This document shows, one piece after another, positions 23,456 to 36,800 of a DNA stretch of 64,000 bases. The notes under the pieces were generated by a model, which was given only the letters and a program-made list of their open reading frames with translations, did no database searches and was not told where the DNA came from. The first letter of the stretch is position 1, and the number at the start of each line of letters is the position of its first letter. The stretch is from Nemertoderma westbladi (lineage: Eukaryota > Animalia > Xenacoelomorpha): contig JAUCBJ010007025.1 in NCBI GenBank assembly GCA_032718475.1, positions 1 through 64,000 of the forward strand, given 5' to 3'. A program made the translations under genes and the position numbers.

Positions 23456-25630
23456 ATGAGGAAACCAAAGAATCTGAAGGGTTCAGTTCCAAGTAAAATT
23501 GACATGCTCAAGCAAATTCTTAGAAATTCTCGAAAAGTAGCTCTGAAAATCCTGTCTGATAAAAACCTTGACGAACTGTTGGAACTAATAAGTGTACTAT
23601 TTGAACAAGTGAAGCCACTTATGACACCTTCACAGAATGTATCACTGAAATTAAAGCAGCATGCATCTCGGCCTGATACATCTGGAGACATACTAGAGCT
23701 GTACAAATGCATTAATGAATCTAAATTCCTGGAGTCATGCAGAAAGCGACTATATAAGACAAAAGAAAATAATAACTTAGACACAATTGACTGTCTAAGA
23801 GCAGACCTACTGCATTCGGTTTCCAAGCTTCAATCACGCATCTGTATTATGGAGAAAGATATATCAGCATTAAGAGAGAAGAATCAATCAATAACAGAAG
23901 AACTCCAACATGAGAGACACCAGCGCGTGTTATTAGAAGCTAGATCAAAAACACAGAGATCAAGTCAACAATCAACATAAATCCATTTACAACCCAGACC
24001 CAGACAGGATATCTAATGACACTCTAAACAGAGCTGACAAGATCACGTCATCACAATCATCACCAGCATATGTGAGTGTTTTATCTAAAAGGAAACAACT
24101 CACAGCTAACCATATACTCAAACAACCATTACAAGAACCAGATTCCATATTATGTTCTAACAGATATATTGTCTTGGAAGAAATACTTGATGATGACACT
24201 TCATCAGGTGAGAATGTACCAATAATATACCCATAATGTGTGAATCACCACTTAACTCTAATCAACAGGGTGAAAAACTCACATCCAACGGAATAAGGGG
24301 CAAGAATCACAATTTAGGGGCCAAAAAGCAAGTCTCAATGTCCCTCTCACCTGTGAAAAGTGACCCAGAAAGCAAAATGAAACCAATCAGTTCTAGAAAT
24401 CAAGAAGGCAAAAGTGAAATAAATCCTTATGATAGCTCCTCAAGAAAAAAAGTCAAACCATTCAATCAATATGATGGGAATCCATCTCAAGGTTCCAGGC
24501 ATCTGTTTCCAGGATCTGTTTCCAGGCAGGAAAACAAATTCAAACAATAGGAATACTCTACAACATGCTGAATCACAAAAATTTGAAACAATTTTCGTAA
24601 ATGGCATACACCGTGAAAATGAGGAGGAGGATATTCTAGACTACCTAAGCATCAAAGGGATTCGAGCAGGCAGAGTTACAACTAGGATTCATGGCAACTT
24701 CAAGAATATGAAAATTATGATACAACAGAACTGCTTGTGCTATGTGCCTTCGGATAACTTCTGGCCTTGTGGAATCATATGTACTGAATGGAAAAACCGC
24801 AGATCTGCATTCACTAATCAAGAACATAGCACTAAGTTTCCTTCATATCCATTAAGGCAGCGTCTTTAGCAAAAAATCATGGAAAAATCAATCCAGGTTA
24901 TGCCAAATGGGAGGACTTTATCATCTACAGGCAGATTCAACGGCAGGTCTAATATCACCAGAATCTAGCTCAACTGACATGCACTGTAAAACTGAGCGAT
25001 TAGAAATGTCAACAAATGATGTTATCTATAGGAAAGTATATCTTGCAACTTAGAATAACCACAAATTACTGCCGCGTGTTCAATGGAAATGCTCCATACA
25101 TAACTGATCTACTGGAAGATTGTGATGTTTTAGGAATTCAATAACACTGGTTAGATGCACAGGAATGTGAACTTTTTCGCAGAAATCTGCACACCGAGTT
25201 TGAAGTTGAGTTTACAGTCAGCAAACAAATGTCAAATCCACTCAGAAAAAGAGGAGTTGGTGGAACAGCACTTTTCTACCGCAAAAACATTTTCAATGTC
25301 ATAAATAAGTTTGAATCTGGTGGTGATATAACTGGTATTGTGACGAATGTCAAATCTCTCAATGTAAATCCCATTGCCCTAATTGCAAGATATGCTCCAG
25401 ACAGTAGTGGTAAGGATGACCAAACATTTAGCTCTTTCCTGGGGAGATTGGAGGAAACTTTGATGCATTTCAGTCATGCAACACCATTCATCATGATTGA
25501 TGCTAATGCCGATATTGGCTCCAGTCAAGGACCACGGTGTAACCAACAACAACCAACAAAGCGTGGTAAAATGCTATTAAATTTTCTCACAGTTAACAAA
25601 CATACAGCTGTTGATACCCTAGAATTATAG
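23456..25630 (+). mobile_element. Decayed LINE 5' half: ORF1 (coiled coil plus RRM-like) and AP endonuclease
   Basis: Coiled-coil ORF 23456-23980. IFVNGI...NFWPCGIICTEW is typical of LINE ORF1. The endonuclease shows DVLGIQ*HWL, RGVGGTALF, YAP and IDANAD motifs. Truncated before RT. Confidence 0.72.
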
Positions 25631-28377
25631 CCGCTATAGAAAGGTGAGCTTTGCAAAACCGATCGCAAGCAATATGGCACTCTCTCCAAGGGATAATCAA
25701 CTCAAACAAAAGCTTACTATCGTCGAACGAGAAATTGTAGGCCTAACGTGTGCAACGTCTTTCGCTTATTGTTTTTTTATTAGAATAATACGCCGCTGTA
25801 ACCTGATCCATTGAGTGTTAACATTATTAACTCGCTGGATAGATTGATTAAATTACAAATCCCTGTTACAATCCCTGTCAATTTACGTCAATTCCTACTA
25901 ACAATCCCCTTCCATGTTTCAAATTTTAGGCGCTCCAACCAAATACTAAATAAAGCACTGAATAACATGCGTTAATGTTTACCTTAATTTGAAATCATAT
26001 ATTATTATTTTTTTACATACTGTATATATATATATATAGTTTGATAATAGATAGTTTATATATATTAAAGATATAAACTGATATTGTTCTTCAGTGTTAT
26101 ATACGTGGCTCATGGCTCTGCTCTACATATTATGTGATATTGGTTAGGAGTAGAAGGGGCCATTATTTGGTAACAGCTTGGCAATTATTACAATGAGATG
26201 ACGTGCCATTGTGCAGCCGTAGTGACATAGGCGTATAAGAATAGAATTCTCCCAATATAGTCAAGATTTTCACTCCTATTTCATTAATTTGCTACGTTAT
26301 TTAATAATTATTATCTTACTAAGATAATAGAGCGATATTTGTGTGTAATTAATATATTATATAAGTTTAAAAAACATGTTAAATTGTGTTGCATTTGGAT
26401 TAAACGGTAGTATAATTAATTAATCAATTATCTTCTATGCTGATAAAAAGACTTTGTTTTGCAAATAAGTTCGTTTTCAATAAATAGTAATATATTTTGG
26501 ATAGCATAATAGAATAAACCATAACAATTCCCACCTCCCACCCCTACCTAATTTATTCAAATTGCAATGAAAATTTTACGAAATTGGGTATGTTAATTGT
26601 TTAATCCAGTTTCTCACACTTGAATTTGTCCAAATTAGAACTACTTAATCATCTCCATTGGCTATGTTATTCTTTTTTGGGTTATATTCCATCTTTTAAT
26701 TTGCAATAATTAAGTAAATAATATTGGTATATAATATTAATGTAAACATTAAATCTCTCATGTGCTTTTAATACCTGAAACTGATTTTTATCGTTGCAAC
26801 TTTAAATTGGCAATTAAATCAATCAATCAATCAAACATATATTTTTTACTGATACGGTATTTGAATTAACGTATACATTTACCTGTGCGTTAGTTAGTTG
26901 TTGTTGTCTTTCATACAATAGCTCAAGTAGCTACATATATCAAACCCCAAGGTAATCTAATCCCTTCACTGACAACAACTGTCATTGATCACTTCCATGT
27001 GTTGTGTAGGCCTACAGTTATAGTACACTGAGCTGTAGTACACCAACTCACCAAAAAGCGTCTTAAATTCCAATAATTAATGTATTTTTACGGCTAGTTG
27101 ATTACTGTATAGGTCTACATTTTACATTAATATATTATTATACTGTACATTATATACTGTATTTACAATAGCTTTAAAAGTTTGTCTGAAATTAAATAGG
27201 CCAATGATGTTTTTAAGATATTTTAAAGAAATTATGATAAATTTAGTGGGTTGTAGACAATAAAATATGTATCTTTTTTGTTTTCTTTTCACTATCCTAA
27301 AGGGTGGGCGGGGGGGGGGGGGGGGGGGGTATCACAGACAGACAGACAGACCAGATTCCACCAAATATTAAAAAAGAAAGTCAAAAATGAAATCAGCGAC
27401 CCCCGAACTGAAAATTTTAGCTCTGTGGTGTGCTTCCTTCATGCCAGAAATTATTTACCAGCTAGACGTCAGACAGCCATTTTTTCGCGGAAAGGTTTAA
27501 ACTTTGAAGGAAATTATCTCGGAATGACTTTTTTCATCCAATTGTTTTCATTTTTTGCTCATTCGAACGAGCTTTGGCAGACCTTTAAATGATATATTAA
27601 TTAATATAAATTTTAATTAAAAATGTGATTACTTATTAATTTAATTAATTACTGTAATTAATTTAAATAAAAATGGCTAATTAAAAATTATATAAAATAA
27701 GTTTTGTAGATTCGATGGCCCTGAGTCCGTAAGAAGTTGGTTTTAACAAATTTGGACCAAGATTGACTAGTCTTAGTGTTTTTCATGAAATCTTTAATTC
27801 CACCGCCATCCTCTAGGTGGAAGTATAAAATTTTCGTATAGAGCTTCCATCTTAAGCTTCTGTTATCTATATACAGTATCTATAGGAATAAATTAGTATT
27901 CCTATTTTTCAGTCCTTCCGTAATAATATAGAAATTATGAATACAACTGCAAACATACTTGTTAGGCAGTAGTGCTCCACAATATTAAATAATATTATCA
28001 TTTTTAACCTTACTCCCAGTAATTCAACTGGTCCTCATTATGAATCACGCCTTACGAAATTATTTACATTATTTACATTTATATTTACATTTACATTATG
28101 TTCTGCTTAATTCTTTAAACTGGATACTTCCGCTACTTTAAAAAATATGCTGTAATTAATTGGACCTAATTAGAAATTAAATGTGGCGCCGATTTTCATT
28201 AAATTTGCCAAAAATCATTAATTTAAAATATAGTTTAACAGGCATGTTAGAAATAAATTTGAATAACTAAATTAATGTATTGCTATGTATAGAAATAATG
28301 TATGATTTTATTTAATGATTTAATATAATTCTTTAGAATTAATTTTTTTAATTAAATTTAAATGAAAAACTTATAAA

Positions 28378-28697
28378 ATGTATAACTTATATGTCATCAC
28401 CGTTGTTATAGTGCTGCTGTCGACATCCCAATCAACAAAGTCTGAATTCCAAGACTCCATGATGACTTTACTAATAGAAAGTAAATCTTCTATCTGTGTT
28501 TACGAAAACTTTAATGTGACTGGTAACTATTCCAAGGCCCTCTATACTATGGAGTATTCCGTTCTCAGGGGAGGTAATGTGGATATAGATGTACTCGTCG
28601 TAGACCCAAATATGGATGAAATTTACAAAAAATTCCGCGGCAACAATGACACTGTTGAGTTCCATGCAATAAACGGTGAATATTCATTTTGTTTTAG
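28378..28697 (+). CDS. p24/TMED (TMED3/TMED7-like, gamma) GOLD-domain protein, exon 1
   Basis: Signal peptide, CVYE..YSVLRGGNVDIDV..DP..GEYSFCF; GT donor at 28698. Confidence 0.9.
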
Positions 28698-29046
28698 GTG
28701 AGATATTTACAGCTCTTGTCTCTTAGCAACATAAGGTACCGTACTATTAATAAATTAAATATTTTTAGCAATATATATTAGAAACTTCAATAATAACAGG
28801 AACTTTAATGATTTAACAAAATATTACATGGAAGAAAATATAGTGCTTTAACCACAAGATGATAGACGGAGATATACAGTAGGCCAATAATTCACCATGG
28901 ATTCTGGGGAGGTTAATCGGATCATTAGGGAAATAAAACTATTTTATTTTCATTCATTGTACTTTTTATTATTCACACGACTTTCCCTTTCGCTTTCCTT
29001 TTCCTTGTGGAGGAATTTACTATACGAAACTGACTTATCCCCCTCA

Positions 29047-30470
29047 TCGTGCCAGTGGAGTAGATGGTGTTCCCCCTGAGGTCTTTAAAATACCTGAGTG
29101 TTTAAAGCTCATCTATCCCATCATAGTAGACATGTACCGAACAACAAGAGTCCCACAAGAAATGAAAACAAATAAGTTGGTGCCAGTTCCCAAGAAGGGC
29201 AACCTAACACTCTATGGTTCTTTTCGGGGAATCTCATTGATCTCGATTGCTGCAAAGCTATACAATAGGATTCTATTAAATCGCATCAGGGATCCCATTG
29301 AGAGACTGCTCCGTGGAAATCAGAATGGGTTCCGTAAAGGTCGTGGGACCATGGAGCCCATTTTGGCACTTAGAAGGATAATTGAAGAATTATCAAAAAA
29401 GAAAGACAGGCATCTGGCTGTTATCTTTGTTGACTTCTTCAAGGCCTTTGATTCAGTCTCTCGCTCACGTATGTTCAGCATACTTTCATTATATGGGATT
29501 CCTGATGAAATTATTGCAGCAATCAGATCAGTATACGATGGTTCGACAACATTTGTGTCTACTGTTGACGGTGACACAGAACCATTTGAAGTGTTATGGG
29601 GCGTCCTCCAAGGAGACACACTTGCACCATTCTTGTTCATTATTGTGGTTGACTATGTTCTACGCATGTCCTTAGATCATCATAATGATGATGGGGTGAT
29701 GATAACTCCACCTACTGGCTCCAAAAGTCGAGGAAATCCTGCCAACTACCTAACTGATCTAGACTTTGCTGATGACTTAGGAGTACTCTCAGAATCATTA
29801 GAGGGAGACCAACGGCTCCTCAGCTCATTAGAACATGCTGCTTCTAGTGTTGGTCTTTTTATTAACTCCAGAAAGACCAAAATTCTGACCGTTAACTTTG
29901 AAAGTCCTCAGCAAGTCTCTGATCGGATGAGCATAAGCTCAAAGGATCTTATGCTTGAGCATGTGGACGACTTCTGTTACCTGGGATCATGGATCCGGAA
30001 GTCAGGTGAGGACCTTCGAATACGTAAGGGAAAGGCATGGACAGCCTTGAATAGGCTTTCCAGGATTTGGAAATCACCGAGAATTAATCGGAAACTTAAG
30101 GTCCGATTATTTAGAGCAGCAGTAGTTCCAGTACTCCTCTACGGGAGTCCATGCTGGGCTCTAACTGCTGAGGACACCAAATCTCTGGATGGCACATTCA
30201 CAAGAATGCTACGCCGGGTTCATTGTGTCAAGTACAATGCACACATCTCCAACCAGACACTATATAACATTGGTGAATAAGCATGGTGGACAGCCCATGA
30301 CTTTCTTGAGACGCATCTTAAAGGACACTGGTCTTAAAGATGTGGATGATCTAGCAAATGTCATGGGTGATAGGGAGTTGTGGCGGTGCAATTTTGTTGA
30401 CAAGCCGGCACAGCATTCTTAAAAATGCAGCTGCAATGCAGCATGCCGATCCTAGTAGTAGTAGTAGTAT
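29047..30470 (+). mobile_element. 5'-truncated RTE-like LINE in TMED intron 1 (RT ORF 29132-30280)
   Basis: PKKG, RGISL, QNGFR, FVDF.KAFDS, GVLQGDTLAP, DFADD and YLGS motifs; (TAG)n tail at ~30452-30469. Confidence 0.88.
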
Positions 30471-30479
30471 ATTTAATTA

Positions 30480-32000
30480 TATGTGGATATGTACAAGTAT
30501 AACGCCCCGAATTCAATAATTCCCAGCCAAACCTTCGCCCTCCCACCTTCGCCAAGACCGGCGTCCGCCACGGAGGCAGAGGGAGCTGGATCAGAGGAGC
30601 GCAAACTGCAGCCGCCGGCGAACACCCCCCAGGACACATGCGAGGCCCCTTTCGCGCATGCCATCTCGCCGAGATACGATCTCAGCGCACCAGACACCGT
30701 CAGTGGTGCCAACCAACGGGGTGAAGGCCATCCTCCGGTCCTCGCAGACGGTGCGGTAGTGGCGCTTCTTGAGCCTGCACTGCTCCTCAAGCAGTGACTC
30801 AGTCGAACGGTTTGCCTGGGCATACGAGGTGGCGTCAGCGTTTATTAATGATATATCAAATGACGCCACCCGATGATTGGCCCAGACTCCCCGAGCGACC
30901 AGGTCTGCTCGCACTCCCCCTACCACCTGGCCCTCGCGGTCCAGACACCCTAGTGAGAGGGTTACCTCCCACTCCACACTAGAAGGCCCGACCACCGCAG
31001 CCAAGATTCCCCAAATACCTCACGGGCTTCGTCATGGCGCTTCACTATCAGACCCCCTGACTTGCAGCTCAAAGCGTGGGATGTGGAGATGGACTCCCCA
31101 CAACCCTCACACTTAGCTGGCAGACCAGGGGGGGACGAGGCCGTGCTGGAGAGAAAGGTTGTAGCTGAATTCGTCAGGGCTAAGGTCAGTGTGGTCCAGA
31201 GGTGACGGCTGAGCCGTCAACCAACCCCCAGTCTTATTGGACACAACCCGCTGGACAGTCCGCCATCGATGAGCCGGAAGTGCCCCCATCGCTGCATCTT
31301 GCTTCTCCTTGTATGACTCATCCTGGGAACTCCGGCTCTCCTTTAGGACCTGAAGCAGTTGGGCATCGTGGTCTGTGACATTGAGTGGCTGTTCAGAAAT
31401 GATCGCTGAGGAGACAAACGAAGTCCCACTTATTGAGGCCTCCCACGCTCGACCCATCCTCATGAGTGGGTCCTGCAGTCCGACTCCACCATGTCGCGCC
31501 GGGAGGAGAACGAGATCCTCGTCCACCTCGTCGAGGCGGGTTCCAAACAGTGCTGGAATGTATGTATGCAGCAACGCTGACCTAATCGGGGCGATCTCGC
31601 AATCGTCAGTAGGGACAACCCGCAGGAGGTAGTCCCATTCCGCTTGGATACACTGGGACATCCCGGTGTGAGTGGTCTAGGGGTACTCCTTAGCCACCTC
31701 TGCGAGTTTCCCTATGCTGCTAACCCAGCCCGACACCTTCTTGGTCACGAACTCCATCCTTTGTGAGGCCTCCCCGATAAAACCACCCAGAAAACGGTGG
31801 CCGGAAACGAGTTGTACACCACCAATCCCAAACACAGTGTGGGCCTTGGCCTCAAGCCCCGGCTTGACTACGAGGTAACTCTTTGTTGCCTCGCGGTTGT
31901 AGCCGATGCGGGGCCCACCAGACACAGTTTGCGCCACCAATCACTGACTCCGTTGAGCGTGCCTGCTGAAGAAGCGTCGTCAGCATACCAGCACTGGCGT
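30480..32000 (-). mobile_element. 5'-truncated CRE-like non-LTR retrotransposon (RT C-terminus plus restriction-like endonuclease), decayed
   Basis: YQHWRWG region reads YADD-like on the minus strand near 31975-31990. FLGGFIG, LP.RHGG.G, WL..P and RADL...DIS...KKRHY...FTPLV..DG motifs. Confidence 0.8.
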
Positions 32001-32074
32001 TGGGGCGGTGAACTGGGTGGTTGTCTGGGGTCAGGCAGTGGTCTGAGTCACACCCCGGGTTCAGTCAGTGTAAC

Positions 32075-32260
32075 AGACTGTGGTGTTGACACCACGGGAT
32101 CAGGTGACAGGCCAGGTTGTGGTGGTAACACCCCGGGATCAAGTGGCAGGCCAGGTTGTGGTGGTAACACCACGGGTACAGGTGGCAGGCCAGGATGCGG
32201 TGATAACACCCCGGGGTCAGGTTGTGGGCCAGGTCGTGGTGGTGATACCACGGGGTCAGT
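32075..32260. repeat. 39-bp minisatellite (about 5 units)
   Basis: GTTGTGGTGGTAACACC(C/A)CGGGATCA(A/G)GTGGCAGGCCAG repeats. Confidence 0.85.
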
Positions 32261-33107
32261 CGGTAGAATTTATTGCGGAGTTTGAACAGCCCGTAATTCA
32301 TAATTTCAAAATTTATCATTATAATTCAATTCTATTAATAAAAATAGTTGATTAAAGATTGTAATATTTTGGTCCATTAGCACACGCGTGTACTACACAG
32401 ATGCATGCACAGTTTGCATATAATTTGAGCAAAATACATGCACTCACTCAAAAGTTATTGCAACTTTAGTGTCTGAAAGATGAAATACAAAACGGAACTC
32501 AATATCCAATATTGGTTTATGTTGTTCTCTATGTTCTAGTTACGTAATAAATATTCGAGAACATTTAACATTGAGTAAGGCAACAGTTTAAGAGTACAGT
32601 AATTTGGATTTGCAATATTGTAAAATACTATAGTTCAAAATATTTTGTAACACTATCTCGGTGACGCTCGGTAAATAAATTGCCTCGAGAATTGTGAAAA
32701 TATGTGAAAAAAAGTTCAATTTTTTACCCGTGTAAAAAATAATATTTTTACCAGCTAGTTTAATTAAATGAACTACAATAGCTATCAAATACACTATCTA
32801 CCTGAAATTACTCCGATTGAATTAAGATAAGTACCGGTGGTACTAGATAATATTCATCATACTTCAAAAATTATTAAAAACAAAGGGGTGTCGAGTCGAC
32901 ATTGAGAAATAAAGTGGTAACAAATTTTAGTATAATTTAAGAAGATGTCTGTCTAGCCTAAAATTTAGAGATATTAAGAAATTGTAGCTCTACCAAATTT
33001 AAATAGTTCTTGAATACAAAAGGAGTGTTACTGTGGCGAAATACTTTGAATTTGTAGCAACCAGTTCTAAAATAATTTGCACTTTTCCATTTACTCTGTT
33101 ACCATAG

Positions 33108-33287
33108 CAACGACTTCTCCACGGTCTCCAATAAGGTTGTCCACTTCACTTTGGATTCCGACGTATTTCAGAGTTTGGCGCAACGAGCAGGAGCAATAAA
33201 GCCAACGGCTCTGACACCAATAGAAGCCTCATTCGAAGATATCAACAGAGATGTTAGCGTAATGAAAGAGTACCAAGTTATACACAG
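33108..33287 (+). CDS. p24/TMED gene, exon 2
   Basis: AG/GT bounded and in phase with exon 1: SNDFSTVSNKVVHF...TALTPIEASFEDINRDVSVMKEYQVIHR. Confidence 0.9.
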
Positions 33288-34651
33288 GTAAACAGACATC
33301 TATAATTTATAGTAATCTCTCTACTCTCTCTAGGGAAAATCCCGACACAATTGTCGGCTATATCCAATATGCATTCAATCACAACACAATAGTTACATAA
33401 CACAATTACATTATTTCAGTAATCATTTACACAATTTGACTGGTTAATTATTAGTAAACGATGTGGGTGGGATGGGGGAGGGTGTGTGGGTCTAATGGGC
33501 CGTCGTGGAGTCGGGTGTTGTTCACTCTTGCTGGAATTCCAGTCTAACGAATCAGAAATTAACCTACTTCTTCGAGTTGGACACTGATAATTGATATTTA
33601 CTGATTAACTAATATACAGCACTGATTTTCTTTTTGTTGGCTACATATAAATAAATAAATTTAAACCAATATTAATATAAAAAATTTACAGTGTAAAACG
33701 TCCACCACAGGGGACTAAAATCCAGTCTACTGCCGTCTTGCTGTGGTGGCCATAACCAACGGGGGTGGGGGAGGGGGGGGGGGGGGGGGGGGGGTGCCTA
33801 AATCACTAATAATTATCCATAAATCTGTCACCTATTCTATTGTGTTTAGTTTATTATTTTGGTTAAAAAAAACGTGCCACTCAGCCCCTGTAAGCTGCAA
33901 GCATAGCAAAGCAAACGTGACCTCCATTTCCTATATTTGCTCCTTTCTTAAATAATTTAACATTGAGGCGAGATATTAATTCGCCAAGATTGGATTTACG
34001 TCCAACCCCAAATGTACCTTAATTTTGTTAACAAAAATACACCGCTCTATGTATTTATCTGGGGGCTCCTCACTTGTGAAAAAACAATTTTACCTTAGAA
34101 ATTCCAATCATTCAAAGGATCAAACAAAATACAACTCCACCCGTTCACCTCCAATATACTGTATATTGTTTTTATTTGGCCATAGTTAAAGTATAACTAT
34201 GTACTTACAGTTATATCATGATAATATATATTTAAAGCCAGTTTGAATTAGTTAATGAATGAAATATAAGCAAAAATGTAAAAATATAGGCCTAAGGTGA
34301 AAGCCGCCCATCCAACCACTACTGATTTACTTTCAGTATTATGGCCCTATAGTTGCCTTGGAATGGCATGGTTGGTTGTCTACCTCTACATATTAGACCT
34401 ATAGTGTTGGGATTACTGCGACCTCCTTTGGTTACATGCGGTACTACGAGGTATTAACTATTACAGTACAAGTAGACCTACATTATTACTGTTCTGATGA
34501 CTGATTAATTGTACTGAATTATAAGAATGCTATTATCTCATGTCGTTTTCAATATACTACTGTACTGCACTGTAGTGCTGTTAGTGTATTTAATAGTACA
34601 GTTGGATATAGGTAATAATTAACATAAACGTAATATTTATTTGTTTATTAG

Positions 34652-34820
34652 GATACGAGAGTCTAAGGGTCGGTCTGTTGCAGACAGTCTGGGTTTCCGG
34701 ACCCATGCCTGGAGTTTCGGACAATGCATCATAATGTTAGTGGCAGGGGCCGGTCAGGTTGTCATACTAAAGGCCTTCTTTGTCGAGAAAAGGATATCAA
34801 CCAAACCAATATTAACATAA
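34652..34820 (+). CDS. p24/TMED gene, exon 3 (TM helix and cytosolic tail)
   Basis: IRESKGRSVADSLGFRTHAWSFGQCIIMLVAGAGQVVILKAFFVEKRISTKPILT*. The three exons total 669 nt (222 aa). Confidence 0.9.
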
Positions 34821-35129
34821 ATTATTATTTTTTGGTTATATTTCTGTATAAAACTTATTCAACAATTGTGTGTAGTTTGTATATCTAACTAACTGTGATT
34901 CCAGTAGGCCTACTTTATAAGTAATTATTGTTGGTTTTACTATTTTAATTTTTATAATCCATTTGTTTACATCGTGGCGGTTAAATTATCCTTTGATGAT
35001 GTAAGATAACATTTAAAATTTTTTGTTCCTTACATAATAGAGCGAAACTGAAAGTTAATTGTGATAATAAATAACGATTTAGAAGTAATTATATTCCAAA
35101 ATAATTTCAGACCTGCTAACTGCTAAGTA

Positions 35130-35580
35130 TATAGCCAGGAGTTCTGTCACGTTGTTGTTCTGCTGGTTTTGATTTCTTTGAAAAAATACCCCGAGGGGTT
35201 CTGGTGGGTCACTGGCTTTGGAAATCTTCCGTAGAACTGCTCCTACAGAGGTCTTAGAAGCATCTGAGGTTAGTGTAAATGTGACATTGTGATCAGCTTC
35301 ATTATGATGAGATGGATGTGCCAGTTTTGTAGCATCTAAAAGGGCTTCTTTCAGTTATTCAAAGGCAAATTCGACTTGGTCACTCCACTGTAGTTTTTAC
35401 GTTGGTTCTTGAAGTTTAGAAGAAGCAGATTTAAGAAGATCGGTTAGTGTCGCAGCTACCGGTATCTCCTGGAATCGGGGAATAAATTTTGAATAAAAAT
35501 TAGTTATACCCAGGAAACGGCGAAAGCTTGATTTCGAGTTTGGAGTTGGATAATTGTGAAGAGTTTCAACTTTGTCATGT
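35130..35580 (-). pseudogene. Gypsy RT-connection/RNase H fragment
   Basis: YPTP..K..RRFLG.TNFY.KFIP, W....AFE.LK..L and TSDAS...GAVL motifs, with stops. Confidence 0.75.
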
Positions 35581-35957
35581 GGTGGGATGGGGAGATGCCT
35601 TCTCTGAGTCTATATAATGTCCTAAACTGGCTGACCAAAAATAATTTTTTTTATTTTTATACAGAGACCAGCAGATCATGTCATCAGATCGTCCAATCAC
35701 ACCATTTACATTTCGGATCCGCAATAATAAATCCTATCATATGCTACAAATTGGAAGTAATCACAGTAATCAGATTAAGCAGTAGTGGAGCCTGTACTGC
35801 TTTACTGCTTGGTAGAGCGCTGGGCTCTAAGTGCTGAAGACACCAAGTCTCAGCCTCTGGATGGTATACAAATACCATAAGGGTTCACAACATTGCCTGT
35901 GATGCACATAAGCAATTAGCCATATTGTGTTTGTTTATACAACTATGTGAACATATC

Positions 35958-36162
35958 TGTAAGCCCCCGTTTGCCGTACCCGCCGCTATCATGAAGTAAT
36001 CAAATAATCTCTCAATCTAATATAATATATAATCTTATCTGAATATATTCCTAATCTCTAATACAGTCCTATCGGTACATAAATCCGATCTCGACTCCCA
36101 GACTCTCAGTCATATATCCCAAAAACCCTCTTCCATGGCCTACTCTGTATCATATCCTTACA
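35958..36162 (-). repeat. Gypsy 3' LTR (205 bp)
   Basis: TGTAAG...CTTACA, repeated at 41146-41350. Confidence 0.95.
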
Positions 36163-36399
36163 TATTCCCCCCGCACAAAAAAAGGCACTCTTGCCACAGA
36201 GTGTCAAAAGAAAATTCGTAATAGCTAAATACTGTAGCTCACAAAAAATATACCGAAAAATAATAAAATTAAGCACAAAACACATATATAAGCACAAAAC
36301 AAAACAAAAAATGTAAATCTTATATGTCTCAAGAATAATAAAAATACGCACAAAAATAATATATAAATCTCATATATTTATATCCCAAAAATAATAATT

Positions 36400-36800
36400 T
36401 TACTTCCCAGTATAGGACTGACTTGGTACTTCCGATTTACAATTACGTAGTCGGTCAATGTTTACAAATAAAATCTTATCATGTGGCTTGTCAACCAATC
36501 TTATTTCCGCATTATTGGCGACAATTTTTAGAATTCTATAAGGCCCATGAAATGGCCTAGTGAGTTTATGATACTTTCCTTTCACCAAATCAGGTCGGTG
36601 AAGGAACACCCTATCTCCGACTCGATATGTGACTGATTTACGTTTTTTATCAAACTGTTCCTTATATTGCACCTGCGCCTTATTTATGTTGCGTCGTGCA
36701 ATATCCCACGCCGTAGATAGATGATCTGACAACTCAGTTCTATAATCATCCAAATCCACTTGATAGACTGTATTTGCCCCGAGAGCTGACTCGGCAAAAA
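36400..36800 (-). pseudogene. Gypsy integrase C-terminal (GPY/F) remnant
   Basis: GDRV...KL.RPFHGPYRI...VNIDRLR. Confidence 0.85.

Noticed and set aside
27300-27800. Possible Helitron/MITE with a (CAGA)n tract
   Set aside because: No termini, TSD or second copy is visible in the window.
31797-32355. Overlapping repetitive ORFs on both strands
   Set aside because: Produced by a stop-poor 39-bp minisatellite.
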